Part shown: positions 44,227 through 63,168 of the stretch, piece after piece | Numbering within the stretch: the stretch's first letter is position 1 | How the letters are laid out: each line of letters starts with the position of its first letter | Source of the DNA: the human T2T-CHM13v2.0 reference genome, Homo sapiens | NCBI RefSeq assembly: GCF_009914755.1 | Contig: NC_060947.1 | DNA: 64,000 nt | Strand: one strand, 5' to 3' | The notes under the pieces: generated by a model | What the model was told of the DNA's origin: nothing | Databases searched by the model: none | The model's input: the letters and a program-made list of their open reading frames with translations, nothing else | Program-made: the position numbers and the translations under genes

Positions 44227-44600
44227 CCACATTTTTCTTATCCACTCATTGGTTGGTGGGCATTTAAGTTGGTTTTATACTTTCGCAATTGTAAATTTTG
44301 CTGCTACAAACGTGTGTGCATGTGTTTTTTGATATAATAACTTCTGTTTCTTTGGGTACATACCCAGTAGTGAGATAGATGTATTGAATGCTACTTCTCC
44401 TTTTAGTTCTTTAAGGAATCTCCATACTGTTTCCCATAGTGGTTTTACTAATCTACCTTCCCACCAGCAGTGTAAAATAGTTCCCTTTTCACCATCTCTA
44501 TGCCAACATCTATTGTTTTTTGACTTTTTAATTATGGCCCTTCTTAGAAGAGTAGGTGGTATCTCATTGTGGTTTTAATTTGAATTTCCGTGATGATTAC
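43819..44600 (-). mobile_element. 5'-truncated L1PB2/3-like 3' end
   Basis: YYSAIKRNEIMSFAATWIELEAIILSE; TSD aaaagaactagtaatt (43803-43818) and aaaagcaccagtaatt (44601-44616). Confidence 0.88.
44180..44225. repeat. Perfect (AGAT)11 tetranucleotide STR
   Basis: Uninterrupted agat x11 followed by ag. Confidence 0.97.
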
Positions 44601-47023
44601 AAAAGCACCAGTAATTGAAACATATAGATAATATAAAAGACATTATAAATATATTTATTGCTTGTACTGCCTTTTAATCTCTTATATGATTTAAAACACA
44701 ACTTTACAAAGGAGTAATTTTTTATCATTGCTTATGGTCAAATAATGTATAAAGATCCAAGCCATGAAAATAATAGCATAAGAGAGGGGAAGAAAATGAA
44801 GCTATAAAAGAGTAACTTTTAAATTTTTATTTATTTTCTCTTTTTTAATTTCAATAGATTTTTGGGGAAAATGTGGTGTTTGATTACATGAATAAGTTAT
44901 TTAGTGGTGATTTCTGAGATGTCAGTGCACTCATCACCTGAGCAGTGTACACTGTACCCAATGTGTAGTCTTTTATCTCTCACCCCCATCCCACCCTTTT
45001 CCCAGAGTACCCAAAGTCCATTTTATCATTCTTATGCCTTTGCATCTTCATAGCTTAGCTCCCACTTATGAGTAAGCACATAGGATGTTTGGTTTTCCAT
45101 TCCTGAGCCACTTCGCTTAGAATAATGGTCTCCAATTCCATCCAGGTTTCTATGAAGACCATTGGTTTTTTTTATGGCTGAGTAGCATTCCATGATGTGT
45201 ATATATACACCACAATTTCTTTATCCATTCGTTGATTGATGGGCATTTGGGCTGGTTCCATATTTCTGCAATTACAAATTGTGCTGCTATAAACATGTGT
45301 GTGCAAATATCTTTTTCGTATGACTTCTTTTCCTCTGAGTAGATACCCAATAGTGGAAAGGCTGAATCAAATGGTATTGCTACTTTTAGTTCTTTAAGGA
45401 ATCCCCACACTGTTTTCTATAGTGATTGTACTAGCTTAAATTCCTATCAGTATTGTAAAAGTGTTCCCTTTTCATGACATCCAGGCAAGCATATATATAT
45501 TTTTTTATTTTTTATTATGGCCCTTCTTGCAGGAGTAAGTGGTATCACACTGTGGTTTTTATTTGTATTTCCCTGATCATTAGTGATGTTGAGCATTTTT
45601 TCCTATGTTTATTGGCCGTTTGTATATCTTTTTCTGAGAATTTTGTATTCATGTCTTTAGCCCACTTTTTGATGGGGATGTTTTTTTCTTTCTGATTTGT
45701 TAGAGTTCCTTGTAGATTCTTGATATTATATTTTGTTGAATGTATAGATTGTGAAGATTTTCTCCGACCCTGTGGGTTGTCAGTTTAATCTAGTGATTAT
45801 TTCTTTTGTTGTGCAGAAGCTTTTTTGGTTAATTAAGTCTCATCTACTTATTTTTGTTTTTATTGCATTTGTTTTTGGGTTTTTGGTTATGAGGTCTTTG
45901 CCTAAGCCAATGTCTTGTAGGGTTTTCCGAAGTTATCTTCTAGAATCTTTATGGTTTCAGATCTTAGATTTCAGCCCTTGATCCATCTTGAGTTGATTGT
46001 TGCAAAAAGTAAGAGATGAGGATACAGTTTTATTCTTCTACATGTGGCTTGCCAATTATTCCAGCACCAGTTGTTGAATAGGGTGTTATTTCTCCACTTT
46101 ATGTTTTTGTTTGCTTAGTCAAGGATCAAGTTGGCTGTAAATAATTGGCTTAATTTCTGGATTCTCTGTTCTGTTCTATTTGTCAATGTGCCTATTTTTA
46201 CACTAGTACCATACTGTTTTAGTAACTAGTGCCTTACAGTATCGTTTGAAGTCAGGTAATGTGATGCCTCCAGATTTGTTCTCTTTGCTTAATACTGCTT
46301 TGGTTATGTGGGCTCTCTTTGGTTCCATGTGAATTTTAGGATTGTTTTTATCTAATTTTGTAAAGAATGATGATGGCACTTTCATGGGAATTGCACTGAA
46401 TTTTTAGATTGCTTTTGGCCATATGGTCATTTTCACAATATTGATTCTACCCATCCATGGGCATGAGATGTGTTTTTATTTGTTTGTGACATCTATGATT
46501 TCTTTCAGCAGTGTTTTGTGGTTTTCTTTGTTGAGGTCTTTTACGTCCTTGGTTAGGTATACGCCTAAGATTTTTTTTTTCTGCAGTTATTGTAAAAGGG
46601 GTTGAATTCTAGATTTGATTCTCATTTTGGTCGCTATTAGTGTATAGCAGAGCTACTAATTTGTGTACATTAATTTTGTATCCTGAAAATTTGCTGAATT
46701 CATTTACCAGTTCTAGAAGCTTTTAGGATGACTCTTTAGGATTTTATAGGTATACGATCATACCATCAGCAAACAACAACAGTTTGACTCCTCTTTAACA
46801 ATTTGGATGTTCTTTATTTCTTTCTCTTGTCTGATTGCTCTGGCTAGGAATTTCACTACTATGTTGAATAGACATGGTGAGAGTAAGCATCCTTGTCTTG
46901 TTCCATTTCTCAAGGGGAGTGCTTTCAACTTTTCCCCATTCAGTATTATGCTGGCCATTGGTTTGCCATAGATGGCTTTTATTACTTTAAGGTATGTCCC
47001 TTCCACGCCAACTTTGCTGAGGG

Positions 47024-52655
<5,632 letters not shown>

Positions 52656-55600
52656 GAATTTTTGTTTTTAATTCTGTTTATGTGGTGTATCACATTTTTT
52701 GACTTTTTTATGTAAAACCTACCCTGCATCCCTTGTATGAAACCCACTTGATTATGGTGAATTATATTTTTGATAATGCTGTTGGATTCGGTTTGCTAGT
52801 ATTTTATTGAGGATGTTTTCATTTATGTTCATTAGGGACATTGGCCTGCAGTTTTATTTTTTTGTATGTCTTTTCCTGGTTTTGGTCTTAGTGTCGTATC
52901 ATCTTCATAGAATGATTTAGACAGTATTCTCTATTTCTCTATCTTGTGCAATATTGTCAGTATAATTGGTACCGATTCTTTTTTGAATGTCTGATAGAAT
53001 TCAGCTGTGAATCTGTCTGGTCCTGGACTTTTAATTTTGTTGGCATTTTTTTTATTACCATTCCAGTCTCGCTGCTTGTTATTGGTCTGTTCAGTTTCTA
53101 TTTCTTCCTGATTTAATCTAGAATCATTGTATATTTCCAGGATTCATCCATCTCTTCTAAGTTTTCTACTTTATACACATAAATGTGTTCATAGTAGCCT
53201 TGAATTATCTTTCGTATTTCTGTGGTATCAGTTGTAATTTCTCCTCTTTAATTTGTAATTGAGTTTATTTGGATCTTCTCTCTTCTTTTTTTGGTTAATC
53301 TCGCTAATAGTCTTTCAATTTTATTTGTCTTTTCAAAACCCGCTTTTTTTCTTTTTTTGTACTTTTTGTTTCAATTTTATTTAGTTCTGCTTTGATCTTC
53401 ACTATTTCTTTCCTCCTGCTGGGTTTGGGTTTGTTTTTTTTCTTGTTTTCTCGTTCCTTGAGGTGTGACTTTAGATTGTCTATATGTGCTCTTTCAGACT
53501 TTTTGATGTACGCATTTAAGGCTATGAACTTTCCTCTTAGCACTGCTTTTGCTGTATCCCAGAGGTTTTGATAGGTGGTGTCACTATTAGCATTCAGATC
53601 AAAATTTTTGTTTTAAAATTTTTTCTGGATTTTTATTATTGACCCGACTATCATTCAGGATAAGTTGTTTAATTCCTCTATATTGGCATTTTTTTGTGGG
53701 TTCCTTTTGGAGTTATTTCCAATTTTATTTTACTGTGGTTTGAGAGGGTACTTGATATAATTTCAATTTATTGAAATTGATTAAGACTTGTTTTGTGGCC
53801 TATAATATGGTCTATCTTGGAGAATAGTCCATGTGCTGGTGAATAGAATGTATATTCTGCAGTTTTTGAGTAAAAGGTTTTGTAAATATCTATTAAGCTC
53901 CTTTGTTCTAGGGTGTAGTGTATATCCATTGTTTCTTTGTTGACTTTCTGTCTTGATGACCTTTCTAGTGCTGTCAGTGGAGTATTGAAGTCCCCCACTA
54001 ATTTTGTGTTGCTGTCTATTTAATTTCTTAGGTTTAGTAGTTATTGTTTTATAAATTTGGAAGCTATGCCACTAGGCTCATATATATTTAGAATTGCAAT
54101 ATTTTCCTTTTGGACTAGTACTTTTATCATTAGATATTGTCCCTTTGTCTTTTTTAACTGTTGTTGCTTTAAGGTTTGTTTTGTCTGATATAAGAATAGG
54201 TACTCTTCCTTGCTTTTGGTGTCCATTTGCATGGAATATCTTTTTCACTATTTTATCTTAGGTTTATATGAGTCTGTAAGTGTTAGGTGAGTCTCCTGAA
54301 AACAGCAGAAACTTTATTGGTGAACTCTTATGTATTCTGCCATTGTATAGCTTTTAAGGGGAGCATTTAAGCCATTTACAGTCAATGTTAATATTGATAT
54401 GTGAGGTAGTATTTTATTCATCGTGCTATTTGTTGCCTGAATTCTTTGTTTTTATATTGTGTTTTTGCTTTCTAGGTCCTGTGAGATTTATGCTTTAAGG
54501 GCATGTTATTTTTTATTTTGTGGACTTTTTTCAAGATTTATAGCTCCTTGTAGTACTGGCTAGGTAGTAGCATATTTTCTCAGAATTTGTTTGGAAGAGA
54601 TTGTATCTTTCCTTAAATTATGAAGTTTAGTTTTGCTGGATGCAAAATTCTTGGCTGATAATTGTCTTATTTAAGGAGGCTGAAGTTGGAACCCCAATCT
54701 CTTCTACCTTATAAGATTTCTGCTGATAAATCTGTCATTAATCTGACAGATTTTCTTTTATGGGTTACGTGGTGCTTTTGCCTCCCATGTCTTAAGATTC
54801 TTTCCCTCATCTTGACTGTAGATAACCTGATGTCTGTGTTTCTAGATGATGATCTTTCTGTGCAGAATTTCCCAGTTGAGTTGTTCTTTGAGTTTCCTGT
54901 ATTTCAATGTCTAAATCTCTAGTAAGGCCAGGGAAGTTTTCTCCAATTATTCCCTCAATTATGTTTTCCAAACTTTTGATTTCTCTTCTTCTTTGGGAGC
55001 CCCAATTATTCTTGAGTTTCATCATTCAACATAATCCCAAATTTCTTGGAGCCTTTGTTTATGTTTTTGATTCTTTTTTATTGCCTTTTTTGGATTGAGT
55101 TAATTCAAAAACCTTGTCTTCGAGCTCTGAGGTTCTTCCTTCTGCTTGTTCAATCCTATTGCTGAGACTTTCCAGTGCATTTTGTATTTCTCTAAGGATG
55201 TCCTTCATTTCCAGAAGTTGTTATTGTATTATATTTATGACGTCTATTTCATTGAAGATATTTCCCTTTATATCTTGTACCTTTTTAAAATTTTATTAAG
55301 TTGAACTTCACCTTTCTTTGGTGCCTTCTTGATTGTTTTAATAATCAACCTTCTGAAATCTTTTTCTGGCAATTCAGGTATTTCTTCTTGGTTTGGGTTT
55401 ACTACTGGTAAGCTAGTGTGATCTTTCGGGTGTGTTGAACAACCTTGTTTTGTCATATTACCAGAATTATTTTTTCTGGTTTCTTCACATTTGGACAGAC
55501 TATGTCAGAGGGAAGATCTGGGATTCAAATGATGCTGTTCAGATTACTTTGTCCCACAGGGTGCTCCATTGATTTAGTGCTCTCTCCCTTTTCCTAGAGA

Positions 55601-56561
55601 TGGGGCTTCCTGAGAGCCAAACTGTTGTGATTGTTATTTCTCTTCTGGATCTAGCCAGTCAGCAGACTACCAGGCTCTAAGCTGGTACTGGGGGCTGTCT
55701 GAACCCCACAGTGATGTGAACTATCCTCAGGTCTCTCAGCCATGAATAGCATTAGCTGCTGTGGTGCAGGTGGCAGTGGGGAGTAAAATGGACTCTGTGA
55801 AGGTCGTTAGTTGCAGTTTTGTTTATTGCACTAGTTTTGTGTTGGTTAGCTTCCATCCAGGAGTGAGTGCTCCAAAGAGAACATCGGCTGAGATTGTATA
55901 GGGATGATCAGGCAGTGGGACCTAGAGCTCCCAGGAGCTTTGTCTTCAGCTACAAGGGCAAGTAGAGAAAGACCATCAGGTGGATGCAGGTATAGACTTG
56001 TCTGAGCTCAGACTCTATTTGGGTGGGGCTTGCTGTGGCTGCTGCTGGAGGTGGGGTTGTTGTTCTCAGGCCAAAAGAGTTATGTTCCCAGAGGGATTAT
56101 GGCTGCCTCTGCTTTGTCATGTGGATCATCAGGGAAGTTGGGGAAAGCCAGCAGTTACAGGCCTCACCCAGCTCCTAAACAGCCCAAAAGGGTGGTCTGA
56201 AAAGACTGATCTCATTCCCACCATGCCTCCCTCCAACAGCACCAAGTTTATTTCTGGGCAGTGGGTGAGCAGAAAAAAATACAAACAGTATAGCTACTAT
56301 GAATGAATTAAAATGTTATACTAGAAAATATCTATATAACAGAAAGGAAAGTAGTAATAAACAAATTGGGGAATAAAAATGATACAAGATATAGGAAAAT
56401 AAATAGCACAATGGCAGGAAGATAAATTTAATCTATTTAAACTTAATGTAATTACTCTCCAACTAAAAGGAACAGTTGGTGGTATGAATTAAAACCATGA
56501 TAATGCTGTCTATATTTTAGATTTAAAACATGTTTAAAGAAGAAGAATGAGAAAGGATGTA

Positions 56562-56933
56562 TGATATGGTTTGGCTGTGTACTCACCAAAATCTCATCTT
56601 GAATTGTTGTTCCCATAATCCCCACATGTAATGGGAGAGACTTGTTGGGAAGTAATTTAATCATGAGGACAGTTACCCTCATGCTATTCTCAGGATGGTG
56701 AGTGACTTCTTGCAAGATCTGATGGTTTTATAAGGGACTTTTCCCCTGTGCGCTCAGCACTTCTTGCTGCTGCCATGTGAAGAAGGGCATATTTTCTTCC
56801 CCTCCATCATAATTGTAAGTTTCTTGAGGCCTCCTCAGTCATGCTGAACTGTGAGTCAATGAAACCTTTTTTCTTTATAAATTACCCAGTCTCAGGTATG
56901 TCTTTATTAGGAGCATGAGAATGAACTAATACA
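56562..56933 (+). mobile_element. THE1D-like 5' LTR
   Basis: TGATATGGTTTGGCTGTG...GAACTAATACA, 372 bp. Confidence 0.93.
56653..56663 (+). promoter_or_regulatory. DUX4-type double-homeodomain motif upstream of the LTR TATA box (56729-56733)
   Basis: TAATTTAATCA fits TAAYYYAATCA. Confidence 0.65.
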
Positions 56934-58460
56934 GTAAATTGGTATGGCAGAGAGTGGGGTGCTGTTATAAGAATACCCAAGAATGTGAAAGCAACTTTGG
57001 AACTGGGTAACAGGCAGAGGTTGGAAGTTTGGAGGGCTCAGAGGAAAACAGAAAAATGTGGGAAAGTTTGAAACTTCATAGAGACTTGGAGGGCTCAGAA
57101 GACAGAAAGATGTGGGAAAGTTTGGAACTTCCTAGAGACTTGTTGAATGGCTTTGGCCAAAATACTAATAGCGATATGGACAATAAAGTTCAGGCTGAGA
57201 TTGTCTCAGATGGACATAAGAAAGTTGTTGGGAACTAAAGTAAAGGTAACTCTTGTTATGCTTAACAAACAGACTGGCAGCATTTTACCCCTGCCCTAGA
57301 GATCTATGGAACTTTGAAATTTAAGATGATTTAGGGTATCTAGCTGAAGATATTTTTATGCAGCAAAGTGTTCAAGGGGAAGCAGAAGATAAATGTTTGG
57401 AAATTGTGCAGCTTGACCATGTGATACAAAAGAAAACCTTATTTTCTGGGGAGAAATTCAAGGCAGCTGTGGAAATTTGCATAAGTAATGAGGAGCTGAA
57501 TGTTACTCACCAAAACAATGGGAAAAATGTCCCCAGGGTATTTCAGGAACCTTCACAGCAGCTTGTCCCATCACAGGCCTGGAGGCCTAGGAGGGAAAAA
57601 TGGTTTTGTGGGCCCCATTCTATGCAGCCTTGGAACATGGCACACTGCACCCCAGCTGCTTCAGCTCCAACCACGGTTAAAAGGGGCAAAGGTACTGCTC
57701 AGGCCATTGATTCAGAGAATGCATGCCCCAAGTCTTTGTGGCTCCCAGTTGGTGTTGGGCCTGTGGGTGCAAAGAACTCAAGAATTGAGGTTTGGGACCT
57801 CTACCTAGATTTCGGAGGATGTGTAGAAACACCTGAATGTCCAGGCATAAGCTTGATGCAGGGGCTGGGCCCTCATGGAGAACCTCTGCTGGCAGGGTGG
57901 AAGGAAAATATGGGGTTGAAGTCCCTACACACACTCCCCACTGGGGTACTGCCTAGTGAAGCTGTGAGAAGAGGACCACTGTCCTCCAGATCCCTGAATG
58001 ATAGGTTCACCAACAGCTTGCACCACATACCTCAAAAAGCTCCAGACACTCAATGCCAGCCTGTGAAAGCAGCTGGAAGTAGAATTGTACCATGCAAAGC
58101 CACAGGGACAATAGTGCCCAAGGCCCTGGAAGCTCATCTCTTGCATCAGCATGCCCTGAATGTGAGATATGGGGTCAAAGGAGATATTTTTGAAACTTTA
58201 AGTCTTAAGAACTGCCCTATTGAATTTCAGACTTGCTTGGGGCCTGTGGGCTCTTTGTTGTGCCCAACTTCTCTCATTTGGAACAGGTGTATTTGCCCAT
58301 TTCCTGTACCTCCATTATATCTAGGAAGTAACTAACTTGCTTTTGATTTTACAGGCTCATAGGTGGAAGGGACTTGCTTTGTCTCAGATGAGACCTTGGA
58401 CTTGGACTTTTTGGTTAATGGTGGAATGAGTTGAGATTTTGGAGAACTGTTGGAAAGGCA
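56934..58460 (+). mobile_element. THE1D-like internal region
   Basis: gtaaattggta start; MWESLELPRDLLNGF and ...PPLYLGSN MaLR ORF motifs. Confidence 0.92.
57358..58335 (+). pseudogene. MaLR internal ORF remnant, 325 open codons
   Basis: EKFKAAVEICISNEE, SQAWRPRREKWF, SRIEVW, AVRRGP and CKATG; ends at the family's usual PPLYLGSN stop. The upstream part is broken by TAA at 57236-57238. Confidence 0.75.
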
Positions 58461-58731
58461 GAGGATGGTTACTGTCATGCTGTTCTCATGATAGTGAGTT
58501 CTCATGAGATCTGATGGTTTTATAAGGGGCTTTTTCCTTTTTCACTCACCACTTCTCCTTGCTTCTGCCTTGTGAAGAAAGATGTGTTGGCTTCCCCTTC
58601 TGCCATGATTGTAAGTTTCCTGAAGCCTTCCCAGCCATGCAAACTGTGAGTAAATTAAACCTTTTTCCTTTATAAATTGCTCAGTCTGCTATAAATTACT
58701 CTTATTAGCAGCATGAGAATGGACTAATACA
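58461..58731 (+). mobile_element. THE1D-like 3' LTR lacking about the first 100 bp
   Basis: Aligns to the 5' LTR from gagga..gttac (about 56665) to gactaataca; ATTAAA at 58654-58659. Confidence 0.9.
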
Positions 58732-58774
58732 AAATATTATGCAAACAGTAACTCAAGAAGACACAGAGTGGCTG

Positions 58775-59443
58775 TGTAAGGCCAAACACAAATTACCTGT
58801 CAGAGGCTTAATTTTTTTCTATTAAAAAAAGGAAGAGACTTCTTGCTCTTTTTTCTTTCAGCATTTTTATCATTTCTTTTCAAATATATGCAAATTTTTG
58901 TCATAGAGAAATAAAGTTCTTGCCAGTCTCACAATTTATGAATGTCTTTCTCAGGAACCTGGGAGGCATTGTTTTGAAATCAGACACCTAGGGAGAAAGC
59001 CCCTTTTCTCCCAGTTTTTGTGAGATTGTAAGAGCCTAACTTCTGTGGGCACCTTGCTTCAGTATGCAAAATACGTCCTGTTGTAAAGATATAAAAAAGA
59101 GTTTCTTTTTTCTGTATAAAAGCTAATTAGCTAACATGAGTGGTCCACTAAAGTTTCCATTGTAAAGTTATGATTAGCTATATGTTACAAAAGGTGATGT
59201 CAAGTCCTCTTACTTGAAGACTTGTTATTATTTTTTATATTGAAAACATGTATAAAGCAGGTTGTATTAATATCTGCTTGGCTATATCAGGAGTTGAGAT
59301 TCTTTTCTGTTTTTGTTCTCAGTGGATTGCCTGTGATATGCATGACATTCTGCTTTAATGCTTAAACAATAATTAAAGTATTTTCTTTTTTACTACTTTC
59401 ATGGAGAAGATTTCTGTGTTGGGAGATTTTGCTTTTAGCTATA
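58775..59443 (+). mobile_element. ERV1-class solo LTR, MER67-like
   Basis: tgtaag start; gtcaagtcctcttacttga, atctgcttggctata and ggattgcctgtgat; splits host L1 EN sequence gagtggct|atactt. Confidence 0.7.
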
Positions 59444-59691
59444 CTATACTTATATCAGATAAAATAGACTTTAAGCAAAAACATCTGTTAATAGTGACAA
59501 AAAATGTTTTATAATGGGGTAAACTCATAAAGAATTCACAACAATTTTAAACTTGAGTATGTACAGAGACCTTTTGCATAAAGTAAAACTGGCATAATTA
59601 AAGGAGAACTAGATAATTCAACACAAGTAGTTGGAGATGTCACTACCTCATTTTAAAAATAAATGGAATGACTAGACAGAATATCAACAAT

Positions 59692-62195
59692 TTTCTTAGT
59701 TCATTTTGTACTGCTATGGCAGTTTTGTCACAGACGGAGTGATTTATAATAATAACAAATGTATTTCTCATGGTTCTGGAGAGTGGAAAGTTCAAGATCA
59801 AGGCGCCCCCATCTAGTCAGGGTCTTCTCGCTGCATTATAACATAGCAGAATGGCAAAGAGAGAGTGAAAAAGAGAGCAAAAGGAGGCAAACCCACTCTC
59901 ACAAGAAGAAAGCCACTCCCACAATAATGAAATTAATTCATTTATGAGTGGGAAGCTCTCATGACCTAAACATCTATTAAAGGTCTCACTTTTAAATATT
60001 GTCAACATGGCAATTAAATTTCAACATGAGTTTTGGAGGAAACAAACATTCAAAACATAGCATTTTGCTCTCAGCACCACAAACTCATGTCTTTCCCACA
60101 TATGAAATACATTTATTTTATCTCAGTAGCCCCCAAATTTTTAACTTGTTCCAGCACCAGCTCAAAAGTCCTAAGTCCAGAGTGTCATCTAAATTAGATA
60201 TGGGTGAAATTCAAGGCAAAATTTATCCTGAGGCAAATTCCTCTCTATCTGTGTCTGTTAAATCAAATGGGTTACCTAATTTTAAAATACGGTGACAGCA
60301 CAGGCATAAAATAGATATTTGTATTCCAAAAGAAATAGGCAAGAGGAAAGGAGTAACTGGTTCCAAGTAAGTATAAAACCCCCCAAAAAAGAAAACAAAA
60401 CTAAATCCTAAGTCTTGATGATAATCTTCATTGACTTTATGTCCTACCTCCTGGACACACTGGGGCAAGAGTTGGGCTCCCATTCCCAAGGCAGCCCAAA
60501 CCCTGTGGTCTTGCTGGACTCAGCCTACACAACAGCTTTTATAACTTGGAGGCTTGTGCCTGCAGCTCTCCCAGGCCAATGTGATCACTGGTAGGCTTAT
60601 AGTTCTGGATTTTCTCACTCCTCACAACCCCACTAGACATTTCCCTAGTGGGGACTCTTTATGGTGGCTTCACCCCTATCATAGATCTCTGCATCATTAT
60701 TTGAAATCTAGATAAAGGCAGCTATGCCTCCACAACTTGTACACTATGCTTGCCTGCATGATGAAAACCACATAAACAATGCTAAGGTTTATGGACTGTG
60801 CATTATAGAGTAATGGCTGGAGTGGTGGCCAGAGTAGCAGCAGGGCCCGCTTGAACCATGATTGGGGAGGCCAAGGGGTGCTTCACCAGGATACATGGAG
60901 TAGAGACTTGTGGCAGTACAGAGCAGTAAATGCTGACGTCCCATGTGTGCTTCTCTTGAAACCTTACTTTTAAAGTACTAGCTTGCCTTGAAGATCTCTA
61001 AAATGCTTTCAGGGTCACTCGCCTATTGTCTTGATGAATAACACCTGTCTTCCTTCTAGTCATACTACTCTCTTTAACAAGGAGTTGTTGGCGCCAATTT
61101 TGTTTGCTCTCCTAAACATACCTTTTCAATCACTACATGACCAGACTGAATATTTTCCAAATCTTTATGTTCTTTTTCCCATTCTAATTATAAATTGATT
61201 CTTTAGTTTTTCTCTTCTTTCATTTGAGTATATGCAGTTAAAATAATCCATGCAGCTCCTTCAATATTTTGCTTAGAAATTTCTTCTACCAGATATTCCA
61301 GTTCGTTGATTTTTTTTTTTTTGGCCTAAATCTGTGTCTCCACCCAAATCTTGTGTTGAATTGTAATCCCCAATGTTGGAGGTGGGGTCTTGTGGGAGGT
61401 AATTGGATTTTGGGGGCAGTTTCTCATTCTGCTTTCTTGAAAGCCCTCAGGCCTGGACACAATTCAGACAAGTTCTTTGGCACTTTCTAACAAGTATAGT
61501 CTTTACTGAAGTTTTCAATGAGATAATCCTCACTATCGTCTGAGACCTTATCAGAATAATTATTACCATCTATATTTCTACCAACATTCTGATCACAACC
61601 ACTTGAATAATTTCTAGGAAGATTCAGACTTTCTTTACAGCTATTCTCTTCTGTGTTTTAACCAGAGTTGCCCTTAATTCTCCATTTATAGTAATACAGG
61701 CTTATTCCAGCATTCATTTCAAAACTGTTCCATTCTCTACTCATTACCCAGTCCCAAAGCCACTTCCACATATTCAGGTATTTGATATAGCAACACTGCA
61801 TTCTCTGGCATCATTTTTTGTCTCAGTCTATTTAGCACTGCTGTAACAAAATATCATATGATAGGCAATTTATAATAAACAGAAATTTATTGGCTCACAG
61901 TTCTGGAGCCTGGAGCATCAAAGACTGAGACACTGGCATCTGGCTAGGACCTTTGTGCTGCATCACATCATGGGAGAAGGAAGAAGGGAAAGACAGAGCA
62001 AGAGAAAGAGCAAGATGGAGGCAAGCCCACTTCTGCAATAGCAAACCCATTCCTGTGATAATGGCATTAGTACCTTCATGAGGGTAGAGCCCTTATGACC
62101 TAAACACCTCTAAAAGTTCCACCTCTCAATATTGCCACAATTACAATTAAATTTCCACATGAATTTTGAAGGGAACAAGCATTGAAACTATAGCA
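59692..62195 (-). mobile_element. Complete MaLR provirus, MSTC/MSTD-like (LTRs 59692-60062 and 61819-62195)
   Basis: Two homologous LTRs of about 375 bp ending ...catt.aaa..atagca flank a MaLR-type internal region. Confidence 0.85.
61307..61428 (+). mobile_element. MSTA/MSTB-like LTR 5' fragment inserted antisense in the MST internal region
   Basis: atctgtgtctccacccaaatcttgtgttgaattgtaatccccaatgttggaggtggggtc. Confidence 0.75.
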
Positions 62196-62695
62196 AAAAG
62201 AAAATAGTAGTCGTGAACAACACTATAAGTCAACTAAACGTAACAGACATGTATAGAACACTTTAACCAATAACAGCAGACTACACATTCTTCTTAAGTA
62301 CTATGGAACATTCTCCAGGATAGATCATGTTCTAGGCCGTAAAACAAGCCTCAAAAAATTAAAATTACTGAACTTATGCAAAGTAAATTGTCCAATTATA
62401 ATGGAATGAAACTATAAATTGATTTTAAAAATGAGAAATCCAAAAATATGTAGAAATTAAAGAAAACTCTTAAAATTCAAAGGGAGAATAAAGAAATTAC
62501 AAGGAAAATTAGAAAATATTTTGAGAAAAATAAAAATGAAAACACAACGTATAAAATCTTTTGGGCTGCAGGTAAAGAAATGCTCAAAGAAAATTTGTAG
62601 TTTATATGTCTGTATCTAAACAGGAAGATCTCACATCAATAATCTAAATTTGTACCTTAAGAAATTAAAATAAGAAAAACAATCTAAACCCAAAA

Positions 62696-63168
62696 CACCT
62701 AACAAGAGAGCTCCAAAACATATAAAGAAAAACATTGACAGAGTTGAAGGGACAAATATACAGTTCTCTAATAACAGACGAATACTTATAATATCCCACT
62801 TACAATAATAGATTAAACAAGTACCCGAAATTGCAAAATGGAAATAGAGGACATAAAAATACTAAAAAGCAATAAGACATAACAGAAATTCATAGACCAA
62901 CCAACTGAACCACAAAAGAATACATGTTCTTCTCAAGTGCACATAAAACATTCTCCAGGATAAATGATATATTAGGCCTTAAAACACAGCTCAACATATT
63001 TTGGACGAATGAAATTATACAAAGTCAGTTCTCCGACCACAATGGAATAAAATTAGAAATAAATAACAAAATAAATATTAGGAAATCCACAAATATGTAA
63101 CATTGAAAAATTACACTTTTAATTAATCAACACTTTAAAGAAGAAATCAGAAAGAAGATTAGAAAACA
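62696..63168 (+). mobile_element. Separate ancient L1M endonuclease-region fragment
   Basis: cacctaacaagagagctccaaaacatat...ttctccgaccacaatggaataaaattagaaat; repeats the EN region seen at 59540-59690 and 62196-62520 but is highly diverged from it. Confidence 0.7.

Noticed and set aside
56557-58736. Clean 5-bp TSD for THE1D
   Set aside because: The flanks atgta and aaata match at only 3 of 5 positions, so no TSD is claimed.
62196-63168. Local tandem duplication of the L1 EN region
   Set aside because: The two stretches are highly diverged, more consistent with two separate ancient L1 fragments.
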